A stretch of 64,000 nt of DNA, taken from NCBI GenBank assembly GCA_964016885.1, contig OZ024755.1, forward strand, positions 434,001-498,000, written 5' to 3'. A model generated the notes under the pieces. That model saw nothing but the letters and a program-made list of their open reading frames with translations. It did not search any database and had not been told where the DNA came from. Both the position numbers and the translations under genes were made by a program. How positions within the stretch are numbered: the first letter of the stretch is position 1; every line of letters starts with the position of its first letter. Source of the DNA: Eledone cirrhosa. Lineage: Eukaryota. Below are positions 39,626 to 52,182 of the stretch, in pieces.

Positions 39626-39760
39626 TTCTGCCAGGAGTTGTGACTGGTAGATAGTATCAGCAATGGAACGACCAATAGAAACATTGTATCCTTGGTCAGA
39701 TTTGACGAGCTTCACCCCACTCAGTAATTGACTAAGGTCTGGCATCTTGTTGATTGATTC
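39626..39760 (-). pseudogene. Younger antisense L-like fragment B, nested in the unit 2 MTase region
   Basis: Open minus frame ESINKMPDLSQLLSGVKLVKSDQGYNVSIGRSIADTIYQSQLLAE; ungapped homologue of 17926-18060. Confidence 0.55.
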
Positions 39761-40418
39761 CTTCCTTCCTTATTTATAGTTGTGGTATTCTATACTATGT
39801 TTTAAAAACAAAATACTATATATCTTCATGAAGAAGTCTCACTGGTAGGTATGTCATATCGCTATTACACTAGAGTGGGTCAGGGAAACAGAAGACTAAC
39901 AAGGCACTTTAGATGTTTTATTACTATTATTCCATCTCTCCATATGATGGTGATGATGATGACAATGTCACCATCAGCAACACACACATTTGACAAGATA
40001 AGAAACCTGTATATGTCCCCTTTATCTGGTTTAGATTTTACTGTAATTGAAAAACATATCTATTTTCAAGTAATTTCAGTCTGAAAATGAAACTTGTTGA
40101 AATTCTCCTCAACAGTCTGGATTTCTATTAAAATGTATTTTCAGACATTCCTGAGTTAGTTTTAAAAGTTTGGACAACACATTTAAATTTTCTATATTTG
40201 TGAACATTATTAACCTCTTTTGTGCCAAACTACCTGAAACTTCCCCTGGTTCTTTGATATAAAACTGTTTGTTTTGGAATATATATATATTTATCTAAAG
40301 GGGTAGATGTGGGCTCCATAAGCCATGGGGAAGGAAACCCATCTAAATAAAAACTGACACAAGGTAGAAAAGACCTTTCAGTTAGATAAGACAACTTCTC
40401 TAGTGCTGGTGGCATGAA

Positions 40419-40600
40419 TAATTGTTTCTACTTTTTGGCACAAGGCCAGCAATTACCCAGCGCATTACTGGTACTTTATTTTATCGACCCCGTAAGGATG
40501 AAAGGCAAAGTTAACCTCAGCGGGATTTGAACTCAGAATGGCAAGGGCCATAACTCTATGCGTCAAAGCATGGCGTCTGACCCTCTACCGATACTGCTCC
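40419..40600 (-). mobile_element. SINE copy (young, near-identical to 2245)
   Basis: Reverse complement including GGCAAGGGCCATAACTCTATGCGTCAAAGCATGGCGTC. Confidence 0.9.
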
Positions 40601-42605
40601 AGTTCATGCTGTGTCTTTCATTCAAAATATGGTAACAAACAGGATCAAATACAAGAACATAGATTTATCAAACAATTTCAATTTATTTTCTACAATTTTT
40701 GAAAAGATGCCAAACTTGACATGTAATTCCAGTCAGGAGGAGTATACTACTAGGAATCGTGCTGAAACTGAGTTAAAAATAAGAGGTTTTCCTCAACCCT
40801 TTTGATACCAGATTGCCTGAACCTGCTCGTGGTTCTATGATGCAATAATGTTTGTTTTTAAATGTTTATATTTATTTAAAATCCTTCCTTCATAATTTTA
40901 TGTAAGAACCTTTGTTAAGTTGTGCTAAATCCCCACAAATTCTTGACTGTTTAAAAAATTTGAAAATCATAGGTAGAGAAAAATATAGAAAAATATAGTG
41001 ATGAAATATAGAAAAATATAGTGATGAAAGGGTTAAACTAAATATTTAGAAGTGATAATCATTTTTCTTTATGCAATAGATCTAAAAATTAATGCATTTA
41101 GTCAGACAAGTGTGTTGTAATTTTGACATTATTATATTTACACTTTGTGAGTTCACAAACTTTGGAAGGTCCTTGTATAGATTGTATAGTGAGGGGTTAT
41201 AGTGTCAATGCTCGACGCTATTGTATGCTATGGCAGAAATAAAATTAAGTGTATTGATTCTTATGATTCGGTGGTAGTTTTATTGCCATTCAATATATTG
41301 AAACAGCAGCTTAATTCTTAAATCAATGTGATTCTTTAATTATTTTTCAATCAAATATCTTATCCATAAAAAGATAAAAGAAAACAAAAGTGAATGCATT
41401 TCTATTGAATTCTTGCCATCATAGATATGTTAGCGTTAAAATGTGCATGGTGATTGTGATTACAATCAGATTCTGACATGCATCAATACTTTTTAAAATG
41501 AAATTGTGAGGAACATTTTGCATGTGTTTCTATATATTTTAAAATATACAACAACAAATAAACAAAAACTTATTCCACAATAATATATATATCCAAAATG
41601 AACTGCAAACATGTCATTCACATGAAGTTAGGAAATCATGCTATATAAAGATGAACGCAAATTTGTGCTTTTCTAATATTTAAAAACATGTTTGATGTTT
41701 GAAAATATGAAAAGGTATAGTTATGTGATTAAAAACTCTGTAGATTATATTGCTGTAAAAATTGATATTACAAAAACTAGATGAAAATAAGTTTAAAAAT
41801 AAAAATAAACCCAGGTGAAAGATATTTAGTTCTATTTATAAATCATCAATTTGATTTCATTTCATTTTTCTTTTTTCTTTATTGCAAAAAAAATTGACAT
41901 GTTCTGCTTTCATTTGTGATGATGTATTGAAATCCAGTAAATTTAATAATTCTATGCAATAAAACAAAAGAATCACCTAAATAAGTCAAAACTTAATTTT
42001 TTATTTACAAAACCTATTCAGCAGTAAAAGGTTTATGCATAAGTTACTGTATATACTTGAATATAAGCCAAGGAATATGTGACCACCCCTCCCCACCAAA
42101 AAGAATCTATGACAGAAGGAGAGGTCAGCTTATACCTGGGGGGTCAATATTTTGACAATTTTCACTAACTTCAAATTCTACGAAAATAAAATTTGAATTT
42201 TTACATATTTCTCAGACATAAAATGGCTTAGATTTGCACCACATAAAACAGAATTAGGAAGACATTATTGATGCTATAGCACAACTAACAATAATCTCAA
42301 CACACAACACATCAGATAATCATACCATAAAACACAATGACATATTACACACACATACTATCACACACAATAATTGTAAATAATCACTGTTATTTGATTG
42401 AATATGATTCTGTTGTAAATATGATTTGAAACAAGAGACATGATATACTTGTAACTGTGTAAAGTGTGGGACATGAACAGTCTGGTGTGTTTAGTTTGTG
42501 GTTTATTAATGTATGGAGTGAGTTTCTCTGCCCTGGGTCAGGGAAGACACTTGGCAATAAATGGAAACATAACTGAAGGAAGAGGAAAATACAAACAACA
42601 ACAAT

Positions 42606-42812
42606 AATGATTTCTGATTTAGGCACTATGCCAACACTTTTGGGGGGTGAGGAAAGTTGATTAAATCAACCCCAGTACATTATTGGTACTTTATTTCATC
42701 TACCCCCAGCAGTATGAAAGGCAAAGTTGACCTCAGTGGGATCTGAACTCAGAAAGTAGAGAGTCATGCTGCAAAGCATTTTGTCCAATGCTCTACTGAT
42801 TCTGTCAACCCA
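42606..42812 (-). mobile_element. SINE copy
   Basis: Diverged reverse-complement copy of the same family. Confidence 0.8.
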
Positions 42813-43782
42813 CAATAATAATAACAATCTAAATTAGAATTACATCAATGATTGGTGATTATAAAATGAAAATATCGCCAATTTGACACAGTAGGTGCAT
42901 ATTGATGCTCATTATATTATTACAGAGATTGTAAACTAAGTGGAGGAATGCAGTAACTGCACTTTCACAAGAAAAACAAAAAAGAAAAATATATAAATAA
43001 ATTCGTTTATTTTTTTTTTTTGTATCTTCCTGCTGATTCCTATATATATATTTTTTATATTTTTTTTTTATTCCCAATTTTAAACTACAATCTCAATCTC
43101 TTCTTTAGCAGTCCTAAAATGGAATTTTAATTCTTTGTGAAGAAAAAAAAAAAAATAAATTCCCACAAAGGAAATGGAATAGTAGGATTCCCAATGGAAA
43201 CAGTTGTAGGTGCCGGAAATTAAAGCAATGCATATTGATTAAGAATTTAAATGCAAACTAGAATTATTTTGAATGTATCGAATTTTAAGGAGTAAGATTT
43301 TGCACTGCTCAACTGAAGCTTCTGGAATCCTGGTTTGTGTAGTTCAGAGCAAGACAAAAAAAATTAAATTATAATTTAAGCAATCAATAACTGAATAAAT
43401 AGAGTTTTATTTGTAAAGAATTTGACATTACATTAAGTCATTGATGTTAGATGACGGTGTCGTCGTCACCGTCATCACCACACACATCTTATTTCGTTTC
43501 CCTTTTATCTAAATTTTTTTTTTTTTTTTTTTTTTACTTGGTTATAAATAATAAAACAACAAAACACAAAAAACATTGAAATCATGTTGACAGAACAAAT
43601 ACTAATAGTTTGTAACTCATCAACAAATAATAATGATGATGATGATGACAAGACTACTGCAGTACTCTAACAAACTGTGACTATATTCCCTCCAAGCCCA
43701 CAAAGATCACACAATACTGCACATGGAGGTGCAACAAAGTGATGCAGTAGAAACTCACAGGAAACTATCACAAAGAAATAAT

Positions 43783-44015
43783 AATGGTTTCTGGTGTAGG
43801 CACAGGGACAGCAATTCTGGGGAGGGGCAAAGTTGATTAAATCAACCCCAGTGTGTTACTGGTACTTTATTTTATCCACCTCCCCCCATCCCCCATAATG
43901 ATGAAAGGCAAAGCTAACCTCGGCAGGATCTGAACTCAGAACGTAAAGGACCGTAACTCTATGCCACAAAGCAGAGTGTCTGATGCTCTACCGATTACTG
44001 CCAATCCACTGTCCT
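43783..44015 (-). mobile_element. SINE copy
   Basis: Diverged reverse-complement copy followed by (AAT)n. Confidence 0.8.
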
Positions 44016-45178
44016 AATAATAATAATAATAATAATAATATATATATAATGCTTTCTTTATTAACCACAAGAGTTTACACAAAGTAGACATTAAGGACAA
44101 TATAGGACAGTACAAATGGGCATTTCAGTGTGTAAAAAAACAAAAACAGAGGATGTAACAAAAAAGAAACACAAGACTACTGCAGTATTATACGAGACTG
44201 TGTTTATATTCCCACTTATCCCCACTCCTCACAAAAAAAAAAAAAAGAATACACAATACTGCACAAAACACAGAAAAATGGAGGTGCAACAAAACGATGC
44301 AGTAAAAATTTACAGGAAACAATCGCAAAGAAATAACAATAAAAACAACAATAACATCGTGGCTGAGTTAAAAACATGATGTAGAGGAAACTAAAGAGCA
44401 ACAAAACTTAATAACAATCTGAGTATAAAGCTGGTTCATTAAATAAGAATAACTTAATTCCATAACAAGAGATAAATAGAAAGAAATACTGCAGAAAAAA
44501 AACAACAAAAAAAAACAGAAAAATTGCTGGAGCTTGATTAAAATTTGTCAGATATTTGAAATAGTTGTAAATTTTTCTTCAAATTAGCTATTTAAAATTG
44601 TAATAAAGGTTTTAATTTGAAATGCTAAAGATAGTAATAAAGGTTTTAATTTGAAATGTTCAACAAGATTTCCAACATTTAAATTTATATCTTTTTTTTT
44701 TGTCTGTATCGAGTTTCCTATCTAAATGAAATGGTAATGATCATAGAAAGCAACAAGAGTTGAGCATTCTGCTGAGCTTAACTGATCCAAGACTAAAGTA
44801 GGAACCCAACATAGGTGCCATATAGTGTCATAAATAAGATTCTGCCATTGATTTCAACATTGAACATTCATTTGCAATCAACTAAACATGATATTTCAGG
44901 GCTAACGTCCTTTTTTCAAATGTAAATGAAAACAAACAATCGATGTGTTCTTCCCTAACTGGTTTGCATTGAACAGTTATAGTAACCAATTTGTTTCATG
45001 TATTTCTAATCTATTATTTGTGGCTTTTTCTCGTTGAAATATATCCAAGAGAGAGGAAAATAAATTATGTACCATTCATAATTTCTTGAAAAGTGTTAGC
45101 AACAATAAATAAAATGTCAATATCTGAGAGCAAGAATCAGTTCTTTGATGTATTTTGTTAGAAGTTTATTTAGTTCCT

Positions 45179-45623
45179 TTAACTCTTTGAGTGCCCAAAA
45201 CATACCTATATGTCTTTTACCTCTCACCCTTTATGTACCAAAGATGTACAGGTATGTTTTAATTAAGTTTGTAAAGCACAGATTTTGACAAAATAAAGTA
45301 AATTTAACCAAAATATGTCCTTATTTTCTCTCTCTCTCTTCCATTATGGTATCATAAGAGTATTTTTAAAACTTGAAATTACTTTTTAAAGGATTAACAT
45401 ATATTTTGTCTAAACAGTTTTGATGTGAAATAGAGAAGTCAAATACTGCAAACATTTAACTGTGTCCTCCTAGACACAAATTGTTTACAATAATGGATAT
45501 TTAAATGTGTACATTTCCAGCTTTATATATTTAACATTTATTTTTATAATGTAAATATTAATGTGTAATCGCAGCCTGCGGCAGCAACATACCAGTCGCA
45601 GCACTGGCACTCAAAATGTTAAC
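45179..45623. mobile_element. TTAA-flanked MITE
   Basis: TIRs TTAACTCTTTGAGTGCC / GGCACTCAAAATGTTAA. Confidence 0.7.
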
Positions 45624-47199
45624 TAACTTAGTAATAATCCGTAATATACAAATCTTGGCTTACATTCATTCTTAGATATTGTTTTTTTTATATTCTATAA
45701 CTTTTAAAAAAAATGTCATTATGGAAAGTAGGTTTGAAAGAAAACATTTTAATACCTAGCTGAAAGAAAATCAATTTTCTTAAAATATCATCATTTCCAT
45801 AAACAGTTAAAATATATAATATATGCACACTCACACACACACACATATATATATACTCACACATACATAGGTGCGTAAGTATGTATGTATATGTACATAT
45901 GTGTAAAACAATTGAATAACTATATTTTACCTTTAATGATAAATATTACAAAGGTTATAGCAATTATATATTCACTATATATTGACTAGACTGTAACAAA
46001 CTCTAAAATCTGAAGACTCTTTCTTCTAGAGAACATTTCCTTCTTTTTTTTATGCCATTATTTGGCAAAAGTAGATTCTTGGAATATAGTTAAGGAGATC
46101 TTAATAAATAATATTAGAATGTTCTGCGTCATTAAAGGTTACATCAAAGAATCATATGATGTTTTCCATGTTATACACATATACACACACATGTGTATAT
46201 GTGTGTGTGTATATATATATATATATGCCTTACAATTATGACTTTGAAAAATAACATTTATCAAAGGACATTTTTCTATCTTGAGCAACAGAATGTCTGT
46301 CTGCTAATAAATGATAGATTCCAGTAATTGATCGAAAAAATATAATCTACCTTGCTACAACAATGAACATATTAATAAACTGCAAACTTGAGCAAAAGTA
46401 AAGACCACTTCAATAAACAGGACTGAATAATCATAACAATAATAATAATAATAATTTTAACCAAATAAAGACCATAATATTTCTCAATTTTATATTACAT
46501 AGCAGCTGCTGCAGATAAAAGAGAAGGCCGTATAATGAATTGGTGATTTGTTGCCATAAATCAATAATAAAATTTAACTTCTTAAAAGCAATAGTTTGCA
46601 GAAGAACAAAAGTTATCTTTCTGGTTGTTAACGCAGCTGCAGAATAACGATCTTAAAAGTAAATACATTCATGAAACAATATATATCCTATAAGGTTTTA
46701 AATATATAATTAAGTCTGATTATATAGTAAGGGTATGGATACTTCTACAACAACAGTTCATTTGGTGGAAATAGCTGTACAAAGTGACGTCACAACTTTG
46801 TAATGAGTACACACCATAAACGTATTATTCCTACCATTTTTGGGTGGTGCAGACGTTTATAATTTTCTGACAAAAGTTTATACACATGTTAATCATTATT
46901 ATGACAATATTTATTCATTAATGCATTGTACATATTTTATTATGTTTTGTGTAATTAAAATAAACGAGCAAAATATACAATATTTAAGAATTTTCCAACA
47001 AAAATCTAAACACAAAGACTTGGATATAAACTCTACCAGTTCGCCATCAACCTACTGTTATATATAATTTATGGATATTACATGGTTGTTATATTTTTTG
47101 TTAAAAAAATAATAGAGTGTGATTTTGAGAGAATTTAGACTGTTATTTCTTGCATTGAGTGCGACCACATCAGGGCTGCTTTGGCTTTAAAAAAAAAAA

Positions 47200-47640
47200 C
47201 GAAAAGGAGCATATAACATAGCAACAACAGATTATATCAATTTTCAACAGAGATTCACGACACAGAACATCAATATACCTAAAGCTCACATCTAGAATAT
47301 TCCATTTATATTATATTCACTAGGAGAAAAACCACCCTTTGGGTGGTTTTCTGCTAGCATGTGTAGTGTGTATATTGATATTATACGCAGGTATATATAT
47401 ATGTAGATATGATACATCAAATAAAATCGTAATCGACAATATCCACAGAAATTGAACGAAGACTGCGTTACACTGTCTTATGTAATCAGTAACGTAATCC
47501 ATGATACATTAAAAAAGACGATATTATATATAAACTGCATTAGGAGAAAATTAGTGACAGAAAATTAATATGTTTATTTAAGCGATCGCCAACCGGAAGT
47601 GTTGACATTTCAGAAATTTTAAAGAGGTGAATCTTTAAAT
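47200..47640 (+). pseudogene. Nucleoprotein-like fragment, unit 3
   Basis: FILYSLGEKPPFGW (47305) resembles paramyxovirus N LY..(L/M)GE.AP(Y/F). The downstream LSYVISNVIHDTL loosely resembles SYAMG. Confidence 0.3.
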
Positions 47641-48273
47641 AAACAAAATATATTTAATCAACAGCCACGAAATTTAGTAGATAAATTATGTAATATTCAT
47701 TCATTATTTATTCAAAGTAATCCAACTTATTTTACAAACGGGATAAAAAAAAAAACTGTACACAATCCCGCAGACCTTCCTTTATTATAGTTTAGATTGT
47801 TTTCCAAAATATATGGTCAATGTCCACAGCATTTTTTAAAAACCTTCCTAGATTAGAGCAGGGAAATAACTGGAAGAGATTAGCTTGGTTTATGTGTAAT
47901 TCTGGCAAATATATGGCTAGATGTAAAATGAGAGGAATGTTTCAGAGAGATACAGTTTTGGAGAAAGCTTCAGAAAGGTTGTAGAATAAATTAGTGTATT
48001 GAGAAAGGTTACTTCTAATAGATAGCTTAGTTTAGCATTGATAAAAGTTATATACATGTTTTTGTGTGTGAACTGTTAAAAGGTATATAGTTGTGTGTGT
48101 GAGCAGTACTAAAAGGTATACACATGTATGTGTGTGTGCATCTGTGTATGTCTATACCTGGGGGTATGTATGTCTGTGTATCTGTGCGTGAGTCTGTATG
48201 TGGACACACCAAAGTACATATGTACCTATCTACATATGTCATCCCCAATATATGAAGTATAATCTCATGTAGG

Positions 48274-48600
48274 GTGTATTTATTTAACCTTTCTATAGTT
48301 TACACTGTAGCATCTAAGTGGTGTATGCAACGAAGATTTAAACCTGTCTGTCAAGTTTTATCATTATTGATGGAAAATATAAACACAATTTTAGCAGGAG
48401 TTAGTTGTAAAATATATTGTAGTATATATAGTTATGATTCTACCTGGACTTCAGGGACTATGGATGGATGAGTGATTATTGTATCACAGTTGTAGGCAAT
48501 GGTAACATGTATTATTTAGATATCTAATCTATTATTACTGTAATATTATAACAGGTTGTTATACTCTTTTATTATTTTACCTGTTCCAGGTATCCAGCTG
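48274..48600 (+). pseudogene. Glycoprotein-like N-terminal fragment, unit 3 (interrupted by CR1)
   Basis: ORF 48274-48471 has a hydrophobic start, then AGVSCKIYCSIYSYDSTWTSG, resembling rhabdovirus G G..C.......CD..W.G. Decayed coding-like sequence resumes at 52190-52480, after the LINE. Confidence 0.35.
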
Positions 48601-49095
48601 AGACCATGTTGCTATGTTCACTTCTTAAATTCTACCTAAATAATGGTTTCTGATTTAGGCACAAAGTCAACAAATTGTAGGGAGAGGAAAGTTGGTTAAA
48701 TCAACCCCCAGTACATTACTGGTGTTTTATTTCATCAACCCTTTAAAGATGAAAGGTAAAGCTAACCTCAGCAGGATTTGAATTCAGAACAAATAATTAA
48801 TTAATATAATAATGATAATAATGAAATTATTGTGTACAGTGCTCAGGTGCACTACAACTCATCAAAGGTGCATGTATAGTACATAGAATAATGTACAAAT
48901 GTCAGGAAAATGAACAGTGTATGAGTCATGATATAATAACAATAACAATAATGAAATATTGTGTACAGTGCCCAGGTGCACCACAACTCATCAAAAAAGT
49001 GCATGTACAGTACATAGGGCAATGCACAAACATCAGTAAAATGAACAGTGCACGAGTCATGATACACACGTGTGCATGTGTATGGAAGGGGTACA

Positions 49096-50905
49096 TCAGG
49101 TGTAGTTTTGGCGTATTTCGGGAAGCATGAGTGTCTTAAAGGATGCAGTGTCTCGGCAGCTAACAATTGACGCAGGCAGTTTGTTCCATGCTTCAGCAAC
49201 TCTGAGCGTGAAAAAATGTCTGCGAAAGTCATGGGAGCTGTGCTGTTTTCTTATCTTGTAGGCATGTCCACGTGTGTTAGACACATGGAAATCAAAGAGG
49301 CGCTCAGGGTTGCAGTTGGCGAGATGGTTAAAAACTTTGTGGGTATTCACCAAGTCCATTGCCAGACGTCGGAGCTTCAATGAATCCATGCCCAGGGAAG
49401 CAAGGCGTTCAGAGTATGGTAGGTGTCTGATGGAGAGTATGCGCTTGGTTGCACGTCTCTGAACAGTTTCTAGGAGGTCAATGTTCTGAGCAAGATAGGG
49501 GTTCCAGACTGATGATGCGAATTCCAAGTGTGGTCGCACCATAGCTGTATACAGTTTTAAATAGATGGCTGGAGAGCGGCTAACAAAGGTCTTGCTGAGT
49601 GATGCCAAGACACCCTCGGCCTTCTTGACAATCTTAGAGACATGCTTTGTCCAACGCAAATCGTTGCTGACAGTAATGCCCAGGTCACGTTCACAAGAGG
49701 ACTTTTTGATGTCAGTGTTGTGGAGGGAGTATGTGGACGCTGGATTTTTCCTTCCAAAATGCATGGTGGTACACTTGTCCACAGCCAGCTTCAGTTGCCA
49801 GTCTGTGATCCATTGCTGCATTGTGTCCAGGTCTGATTGTAGGAAAGAGTTGTAAATTTCAGGATCAGTCCTTTTGATTTCAAGGTACAGCTTGATGTCA
49901 TCTGCATATTTTAGCACCGTGGCATTCTGTAAGTTGGCATCTATGTCATTAATATATGCCACAAACAAAAGAGGACCAAGAACAGATCCCTGTGGTACAC
50001 CAGATGACATCTCATATGGTGAAGAATGCTGTCCTAGAACCGTGACTACTTCCTTTCGGCTGAGAATGAAGGATTTCAGCCAGTCGAAAAGATCATCCCT
50101 CACACCCATTGCAGAGAGTTTTGCCAAAAGTCTTTTGTGTGGCACAGAATTAAAAGCCTTAGCAAAGTCAAGATAAACAACATCCGCCCATGAGCCGCTG
50201 TCAGTGATCCGGGTGATGTCCTCAAGGAACTCGATAAGCTGATCACAGCAGCTGGAGTTAGGGATAAATCCAAACTGTGAGGGCCGGATGAGTCTGTGAG
50301 AGCTCCAGAAGTTCCAAAGTGTTTCTCTGACACAGTATTCCATCAGTTTGGCCATACAGCTAGTAAGACTGACTGGACGATAGTTGACAGGTGACATGCG
50401 GTTGCCCTTTTTGAACAGGGGAATGACACTGGCAGTTTTCCACTGCTCCGGAGTAGCACCATTGCTGAGACAGTATTGAAAGAAAAAAGAAAGCTGGCGC
50501 AAAAGGAAATCCCCGCCACGTTTGAGAAGCAGGTATGTCACACCATCAAGACCAGGGGAGGCATAGTTGCGCTTGTTCTTAAGGTGACGTCGCAACATTG
50601 CAGGTGTAAATTCCATAGTTGTTATGGAATTTGATGTTAGAGATGGTGGAGATGGTACATTCTGGTTTTCAACAGTAAAAATACTTGCATAGCACTCAGC
50701 AATGAGTTCTGCGCATTCCTTGGGATCGTCAGTGATCTGGCTTGTGTGGGGATTGTGAAGAGGACCAACTGGAGAGTGAGGTCTCTGCTTTGAATGAACA
50801 TATTTCCAGAACACCTTACTGTCAGGATTGGTTGCGATGCACTGTTCAAATTCAAGCACTGCCTTCTTTGTCACTTGCTTGAGATGGTTAGAAGATTTAT
50901 TCCGC
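49096..50905 (-). CDS. CR1 ORF2 reverse transcriptase portion
   Basis: SPGLDG, NYRPVSLTS, YLDFAKAFNSVPH, SGVPQGSVLGPLLF, YADD, RDLG, VQRRATK, TRGH motifs. Confidence 0.97.
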
Positions 50906-51859
50906 TTTTTTTCTGTTGGCATCTGATCTATGCAGTTTATATTCCCGTTCAGCGTTCCGACGTTCTTTCCTGGCAAGTCGGACCGCTGAAGTTTCCCAGA
51001 TTGCACTTTTGGGGTGGTTATTTTTCCGCTTCCGTGGCACTGATGCTGCACACGCTATCCATATTGAGTCCAGGATGCTCTGGAGTATAGAGTTCACATC
51101 TCTAGAGTTATACATCTCATGCCAGTTTGGGCGCTGTAGCTCAGTGCAGTACAAGTTCCAATCCGCCTTCTTCCAATCAAAGCAAGCAGATTGGAGATGG
51201 CTCTGGTTTTTGTTGCTGCCCTCAAGTGCCAGATTGGCAATGATCACAGCATGATCAGAGTCGCCTAGTGGTTCCTCAGTAGTACAACTGATAACCACTT
51301 CAGGAGTAGTGGTGAAGATCAGGTCCAAAGTGTTGTCACCTCTTGTTGGAGAGGTGACTACTTGTGACCAGTTTGAGTCCAGCACTAGTTCAAGGAAATC
51401 GTTTGCACCCTGTGGCCAACGAAAGGTTTCCCAATCGATCTCAAGATGATTGAAGTCACCTGCAATAAACACATAAGTGGCTGTTTTCTTGGCAGCAACT
51501 CTGAGGATATCGCAAAGCTGTGTGTCCTGATGGTAGTTTGGGGGGCGATAAACAACACCAAGCAGAAGTGTTGACATGGTCATACGTATGTCACAGAAAA
51601 AAACTTCTTCCTGTGATTCGTTCAAATCAACGCAAGGAATTACCGAAAAGTTTGAACGAACGTAGACCATCACACCACCACGGCGGTTAATGCGGTCCTT
51701 GCGGAAAAGGTTGTACCCAGTAATGGTGAAAACCCCATCACAGAGTAAGGAATGTGCCCATGTTTCCGTGACTGTGATGAAGTCAGGGTCGATGCTTCTG
51801 ACGTAGGATTCGAACAGATGTATCTTGTTGCATAAACTGCGAGCATTTAAGGACAACAA
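50897..51859 (-). CDS. CR1 ORF2 apurinic endonuclease portion (frameshifted relative to RT)
   Basis: NARSL, VTETW, RGGV, YRPP, AGDFN, LDLIF, SDH motifs. The frame changes at the T7 run 50906-50912. Confidence 0.95.
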   Translation of the reverse strand: MLSLNARSLCNKIHLFESYVRSIDPDFITVTETWAHSLLCDGVFTITGYNLFRKDRINRRGGVMVYVRSNFSVIPCVDLNESQEEVFFCDIRMTMSTLLLGVVYRPPNYHQDTQLCDILRVAAKKTATYVFIAGDFNHLEIDWETFRWPQGANDFLELVLDSNWSQVVTSPTRGDNTLDLIFTTTPEVVISCTTEEPLGDSDHAVIIANLALEGSNKNQSHLQSACFDWKKADWNLYCTELQRPNWHEMYNSRDVNSILQSILDSIWIACAASVPRKRKNNHPKSAIWETSAVRLARKERRNAEREYKLHRSDANRKKAE

Positions 51860-51915
51860 TTTGTACCCTGCTCGCAGTTTATGATGGTGTGTAGAGGGTG
51901 GCAGGTTGTTCTGGT

Positions 51916-52182
51916 TTAGTTTCCCAGAGTTGTAGCAGTTTTTACATTGCCAGTTATTGTGGGTAGATCACACTCAGACCAGCTGGTATCTCTCTTCCAC
52001 GTTTCACCAGCCTTGACAAACCTCCAGATCTGCCCATCATCACGCAGACTGAAACTTTCATCTTGTGCTGAGTTCCGATTCAAGGAAGCTGCAGTACGTA
52101 GTTTTGGACGTACATGGGGTGGTAGGCCTGGGCGTGTTCGGAAGGTAATCCGATTTTCACGCCCAGCTTTAGCAGAGGCCAG
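51916..52182 (-). CDS. CR1 ORF1 C-terminal fragment
   Basis: Open frame ...RITFRTRPGLPPHVRPKLR...FSLRDDGQIWRF...TTLGN*, ending just upstream of ORF2. Confidence 0.6.
   Translation of the reverse strand: MASAKAGRENRITFRTRPGLPPHVRPKLRTAASLNRNSAQDESFSLRDDGQIWRFVKAGETWKRDTSWSECDLPTITGNVKTATTLGN

Larger units (their letters stand above)
48935..52182 (-). mobile_element. 5'-truncated CR1-clade LINE, young
   Basis: ORF1 3' part, APE endonuclease + RT, 3' UTR with stem-loop and (TTA/TTG)n tail. Candidate TSD ATGATAT at 48928-48934 and 52183-52189. It is inserted next to an older 3' end of the same family (48820-48934). Confidence 0.95.

Noticed and set aside
47592-47600. CCGGAAGT ETS motif as a promoter
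   Set aside because: Isolated motif with no CpG island or downstream gene.
49274-51254. Plus-strand and alternative-frame ORFs within the LINE
   Set aside because: Shadow frames of CR1 ORF2.
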